Shown: positions 59,948 through 64,000 of the stretch, piece after piece | How the letters are laid out: each line of letters begins with the position of its first letter | Position numbering within the stretch: position 1 is the stretch's first letter | Assembly (NCBI GenBank): GCA_963737375.1 | Contig: CAVTSP010000028.1 | Span: 97,090 to 161,089, forward strand | DNA length: 64,000 nucleotides | From: an uncultured Actinomycetota bacterium | Lineage (GTDB): Bacteria > Actinomycetota > Actinomycetes > Mycobacteriales > Mycobacteriaceae | Reading direction: 5' to 3' | Notes under the pieces: model-generated | Databases searched by the model: none | Told to the model about the DNA's origin: nothing | Seen by the model: the letters and a program-made list of their open reading frames with translations, nothing else | Translations under genes and position numbers: made by a program

Positions 59948-62722
59948 CTAATGAGCGGCGGTGTCCCAGCTGCGTCCGTAGCCCACCGACACCTCCAGCG
60001 GCACGTCAAGTGGGTATGCGCCGCCCATTTTGTCCCGCACCAGCGCTTCGAGCTGCTCGCGTTCACCCTCGGCGACCTCGAACAAAAGTTCGTCGTGGAC
60101 CTGCAGCAGCATGCGTGACGTCAGCCCCGCTTCGGTAAGCGCGTTGTCGACCTCGATCATCGCCACCTTGATGATGTCGGCCGCGCTGCCTTGAATCGGT
60201 GCGTTGAGCGCAGCCCGCTCGGCGGACTCACGGACCTGCCGATTACTGCTGTCCAACTCGGGAAGGTAGCGGCGACGGCCCAGCACCGTGGAGGTGTAGC
60301 CGTCCTTGCGGGCCTGCTCGACGATGTTCAGCAGGTAGTCGCGCACCCCGCCGAATCGAGCGAAGTACTGGTCCATCTGAATTTTGGCTTCTTCGGTGGA
60401 GATCTTCAGCTGAGCCGCCAGGCCGTAGGCGCTCAAGCCGTACGCCAACCCGTAGGACATCGCCTTGACCCGGCGCCTCAGTTCGCCGGTCACCTCGTCG
60501 ATCGGCACGCCGAACGCCCGTGACGCGACGAACGAGTGCAGGTCCTCTCCGGTGTTGAAGGCTTCGATCAGGCCTTCGTCGCGGGACAGGTGCGCCATGA
60601 TCCGCATCTCGATCTGGCTGTAGTCGGCGGTCATCAGCTCTGCCATTGATCCATGTGGGCCGCTGCCGACTACGAAGGCGTCCCGGATCTGCCGGCCGGC
60701 GTCGGTGCGGATCGGGATGTTCTGCAGGTTGGGATCGGTGGACGACAGCCGGCCGGTCGCCGCAATCGTCTGGTTGAACGTGGTGTGGATACGACCATCG
60801 CCGGCAACGGCATTCAGCAATCCGTCGACGGTCACTTTCAGCCGGGTGACGTCGCGGTGGGTGAGCAGATGCTGCAGGAACGGATGCCCGGTCTTGTCGA
60901 ACAGAGTCTGGAGCGCATCCGCGTCGGTGGTGTATCCGGTCTTGGTCCGCTTGGTCTTCGGCATCTCCAACTCGTCGAACAGCACCACCTGCAGCTGTTT
61001 TGGCGAGCCGAGGTTGATCTGCTTGCCGATCACGGCGTAGGCCGCCTCGGCGGCGTCGCGGATCTGGTCGCCGAATTGGCTTTGCAGTGAACTCAATTGG
61101 TCCAGGTCGACGGCAATGCCGACGGCCTCCAAGGCCGCCAGCACCCGTTGCACCGGCAATTCCATCTCGGCCAGCAGGGACGTGGAGTCGATGCGATCCA
61201 GCTCGACGTCCAGTGCGTCGGCGAGGTCTACGACGGCACGGGCGCGCAGCACCGCGGTCTGCACGGCCTGCTCGTCGACACCCTCGCTGTCATCGAGCAA
61301 CGAAAGCTGCTGCTGCTCCGATGTTTCCGCACGCAATTCGCGACGCAGATAGCGCAGCGACAAGTCGTCGAGGGTGAAGCTGCGCTGTCCGGGCCGAACC
61401 AGGTAGGCGGCCAGCGCGGTGTCGGAGCTGACGCCGTTCAGCGGCCAGCCCCGTCCGGCGAGATCGTGGATCGCCAACTTGGCCTCGTGCAAGGCTTTTG
61501 GCTGCTGCGGGTCGGCAAGCCAGGCGGCCAGCGCCGCATCATCCTCGGCCGTCAGTGTCGTGGTGTCGATGAAACCGCCGTCACCGTCAGCGGCGGCGAT
61601 CGCCAGCGCGGTGGCATCGCCGTCGTAGGGCAGATGCGTACCCACCACTGCCAGGCCTGCTCGGCGACCGTCGGAGACGTGGTCGGCCAGCCACTGCGCG
61701 ACCGTGCCGGGCTCCAGCGCTCCCCCGCGCACGTCGAAGCCCTCGTCGACCTCGGGCTCGACGGCGGCCAGGGTGTCGAACAGCCGGTCACGCAGCACCC
61801 GGAACTCCAGCTGGTCGAACAGCTGGTGGATCTGGTCGCGATCCCAGGGCTGCATGCGCAGCGTGTCCGGCGTCTGCGCCAGCGGCACGTCGCGCACCAA
61901 GTCGGTGAGCTCGCGGTTCAGCACCACGCTGGACAGATTCGCCCGCAACGCGTCACCGACCTTGCCGCGCACCGAGTCGACGTCGTCGACAAGCGCCTGC
62001 AGCGAGCCGTATTCAGTGATCCATTTGGACGCGGTCTTCTCGCCGACACCCGGGATGCCGGGCAAGTTGTCGCTCGGGTCGCCGCGCAGCGCGGCGAAGT
62101 CGGGGTACTGCTTCGGCGTCAGGCCGTATTTCTCGACCACGGCCTCCGGGGTGAAGCGGGTCAGTTCGCTGACGCCCTTGCGCGGGTACAGCACCGTCAC
62201 GTCGTCGCTGACCAGCTGTAGCGCGTCCCGGTCACCGGTCACCACCAGTACCCGGTAGCCCTCGTTCTCGGCCTGAGTCGTCAGCGTCGCGATCAGGTCA
62301 TCGGCTTCAAACCCCGGTTCGGCGAGCACCGTAATACCCAGTGCGGCAAGGACTTCCTTGGTGATGTCGATCTGCCCGCGGAATTCGTCCGGCGTGGCTG
62401 AGCGGTTGGCCTTGTATTCCGGAAAGCGGTCCGAGCGAAACGTCTGACGTGACACGTCGAACGCGGCGGCGATATGGCTGGGCGACTCATCCCGCAGCAG
62501 GTTGATCAACATCGCGGTGAACCCGTACACCGCGTTCGTGGTCAGCCCGTCCCGCGTTTTGAAATTCTCGGCCGGCAGCGCGTAGAAGGCTCGGTATGCC
62601 AGCGAATTGCCGTCCAGCAGCATCAACGTGGGTTTGCCGTCGGTGGCCTTGCCGGCCTCTGTCTTCTTGCTCGCGGTCCTGGCTGGGCTCACGGCCTCAA
62701 CTCTATGCACCGCTACGGACAT
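59948..62722 (-). CDS. polA: DNA polymerase I
   Basis: 5'-nuclease (LMLLDGNSLAYRAFYAL, GDPSDNLPGIPGVGEKTA) and polymerase motifs A/B/C (DYSQIEMRIMAH, RRRVKAMSYGLAYG, LQVHDELLFE). GTG 62692 is an alternative start. Confidence 0.97.
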   Translation of the reverse strand: MSVAVHRVEAVSPARTASKKTEAGKATDGKPTLMLLDGNSLAYRAFYALPAENFKTRDGLTTNAVYGFTAMLINLLRDESPSHIAAAFDVSRQTFRSDRFPEYKANRSATPDEFRGQIDITKEVLAALGITVLAEPGFEADDLIATLTTQAENEGYRVLVVTGDRDALQLVSDDVTVLYPRKGVSELTRFTPEAVVEKYGLTPKQYPDFAALRGDPSDNLPGIPGVGEKTASKWITEYGSLQALVDDVDSVRGKVGDALRANLSSVVLNRELTDLVRDVPLAQTPDTLRMQPWDRDQIHQLFDQLEFRVLRDRLFDTLAAVEPEVDEGFDVRGGALEPGTVAQWLADHVSDGRRAGLAVVGTHLPYDGDATALAIAAADGDGGFIDTTTLTAEDDAALAAWLADPQQPKALHEAKLAIHDLAGRGWPLNGVSSDTALAAYLVRPGQRSFTLDDLSLRYLRRELRAETSEQQQLSLLDDSEGVDEQAVQTAVLRARAVVDLADALDVELDRIDSTSLLAEMELPVQRVLAALEAVGIAVDLDQLSSLQSQFGDQIRDAAEAAYAVIGKQINLGSPKQLQVVLFDELEMPKTKRTKTGYTTDADALQTLFDKTGHPFLQHLLTHRDVTRLKVTVDGLLNAVAGDGRIHTTFNQTIAATGRLSSTDPNLQNIPIRTDAGRQIRDAFVVGSGPHGSMAELMTADYSQIEMRIMAHLSRDEGLIEAFNTGEDLHSFVASRAFGVPIDEVTGELRRRVKAMSYGLAYGLSAYGLAAQLKISTEEAKIQMDQYFARFGGVRDYLLNIVEQARKDGYTSTVLGRRRYLPELDSSNRQVRESAERAALNAPIQGSAADIIKVAMIEVDNALTEAGLTSRMLLQVHDELLFEVAEGEREQLEALVRDKMGGAYPLDVPLEVSVGYGRSWDTAAH

Positions 62723-62817
62723 CTAGTCAACTGCCGCTGTCTGCCCACGTCGTATTCGGAACCGAACCGAACTGCAACACGTTTCAGTTTTGCCGCCGTT
62801 CTCGGTAGGCTGGCCCG

Positions 62818-63322
62818 GTGCCCGAGGTCACCAGCCCAGAACCGGCGATCGATGGATGGTTCGCCACCGATCAACTGACGGGGCCAACGATGCCCATATC
62901 TGATCGGCGGTAAGTGCCCGAAGTGCGGCACGTACGTCTTCCCGCCGAGGGAGAACAACTGCCCCAACCCGGCCTGCGACAGCGACAAACTAGAGGCCGT
63001 CGCGTTGTCGCGGCGCGGAACGCTGTGGAGCTACACCGAGAACCGCTATCCACCGCCGGCGCCCTATCCCGCACCGGATCCGTTCGAGCCGTTCGCGATC
63101 GCCGCAGTGGAACTCGCGGACGAGGGAATCATCGTGCTGGGCAAGGTCGTCGAAGGCACCCTGGCCGCCGACCTGAAGGTCGGGATGGAGATGGAACTGG
63201 CCACCATGACCCTGTTCACCGACGCCGACGGGGTGGAACGACTCGTGCACGCCTGGAGGAGCGCCGGCGACGATCAACAGGGCAGTGCGATCGGAAAAAG
63301 TGGCGAGGAGCGGCGCAAATGA
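62818..63322 (+). pseudogene. DUF35 (OB-fold/zinc-ribbon, acyl-CoA-associated) gene, Rv1628c-like, reading frame broken near 62893..62900
   Basis: Frame 1 from GTG 62818 gives VPEVTSPEPAIDGWFATDQLTGPTMPISDRR*, with its stop at 62911. The +1 frame gives LIGGKCPKCGTYVFPPRENNCPNPACDSDKLEAVALSRRGTLWSYTENRY...ELADEGIIVLGKV.. through to 63322. That frame has no canonical start upstream of the zinc ribbon. Confidence 0.65.
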
Positions 63323-64000
63323 TCATGAGTACGCCCGATCCGCTCTACATTCTCGGCGCCGGCATGCACCCGTGGGGCAAGTGGGGCCGAGACTTCACCG
63401 AATACGGCGTCGTCGCCGCCCGCGCCGCACTGGCGGAAGCCGGCCTGGACTGGCGGCAGATCCAGCTGGTCGCCGGGGCCGACACCATCCGCAACGGCTA
63501 CCCGGGCTTCATCGCCGGGTCGACGTTCGCGCAGAAGCTCGGCTGGAACGGCGTGCCGGTCAGCTCCAGCTACGCCGCGTGTGCCAGCGGTTCGCAAGCA
63601 CTGCAGAGCGCACGCGCCCACATTTTGGCCGGGTTCTGCGACGTCGCGCTGGTCATCGGCGCTGACACCACCCCGAAGGGTGCGTTCGCCCCGGTCGGCG
63701 GCGAACGCAAGAACGACCCGGATTGGCAGCGCTTCCACCTGATCGGCGCGATGAACCCGGTCTACTTCGCGCTGCTGGCTCGTCGCCGGATGGACCTCTA
63801 CGGGGCGACCTCGGAGGACTTCGCTCAGGTGAAGGTCAAGAACTCCCAGCACGGCCTGCAGAACCCGAATGCCCGCTACCGCAAGGAATCCTCGATCGAG
63901 GACGTGCTGGCCAGCCCGGTCGTCAGCGACCCGCTGCGGCAGCTCGACATCTGCGCCACCTCGGACGGCGCGGCCGCGCTGATCGTGGCCAGTGCGGAGT
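63319..64000 (+). CDS. Thiolase-like / non-specific lipid-transfer protein (Rv1627c-like), 3' end cut by the window edge
   Basis: Not in the ORF track because there is no stop in the window. Hand translation from ATG 63319 gives MIMSTPDPLYILGAGMHPWGKWGRDFTEYGVVAARAALAEAGLDWRQIQLVAGADT...SSSYAACASGSQALQSA... The thiolase active-site Cys context is present. The ATG overlaps the DUF35 stop (ATGA). Confidence 0.8.
   Translation, partial: MIMSTPDPLYILGAGMHPWGKWGRDFTEYGVVAARAALAEAGLDWRQIQLVAGADTIRNGYPGFIAGSTFAQKLGWNGVPVSSSYAACASGSQALQSARAHILAGFCDVALVIGADTTPKGAFAPVGGERKNDPDWQRFHLIGAMNPVYFALLARRRMDLYGATSEDFAQVKVKNSQHGLQNPNARYRKESSIEDVLASPVVSDPLRQLDICATSDGAAALIVASAE

Noticed and set aside
58476-62221. 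436-aa (58476..59786) and 374-aa (61097..62221) ORFs on the + strand
   Set aside because: Antisense to rpsA and polA respectively. Mirror-frame artefacts.

Overview
High-GC (about two-thirds G+C by eye) chromosome segment that looks like a Mycobacterium. From memory, gene content and order follow the M. tuberculosis H37Rv Rv1688(mpg)..Rv1627c region in inverted orientation. The shared backbone is: mpg, an ABC exporter plus TetR, a Trm112-like gene, an Rv1683-like hydrolase/acyl-CoA synthetase, the complete argCJBDFRGH operon and pheST. It continues with an Rv1648-like membrane protein plus class III adenylate cyclase, an MpaB-like oxygenase, a TrmH methyltransferase, infC-rpmI-rplT, lysX and an esterase-family membrane protein. 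The last stretch holds uvrA, an MBL hydrolase, an Rv1636-like USP, a GT-C glycosyltransferase, an MFS transporter, uvrB, a DUF402 gene, coaE, rpsA, polA and a DUF35 plus thiolase-like pair. Five accessory blocks are interleaved that I do not remember at these positions in M. tuberculosis: (1) an ABC-F ATPase plus a membrane GGDEF-EAL gene; (2) a Pls/PosA-type single-module NRPS (A-T followed by three membrane-flanked soluble domains) translationally coupled to an M1 zinc peptidase; (3) a non-canonical Hsp70-like gene; (4) a Ser/Thr kinase divergent from a double-FHA ABC transporter (Rv1747-like); (5) a translationally coupled pair of paralogous unknown proteins plus a small secreted protein. 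The most interesting item is the Pls-like synthetase/peptidase pair, a candidate cationic homopoly(amino acid) system with a Lys-like adenylation code. Other points: infC must start at a non-canonical ATC codon and has a canonical U-tract terminator hairpin in its leader. Three accessory genes (GGDEF-EAL, Hsp70-like, DUF35) each show a +1 frame break, and the uvrB 5' extension is out of frame. I saw no rRNA/tRNA genes, CRISPR arrays, transposases or integrases. Many long ORFs in the supplied track are antisense artefacts of the high GC content.
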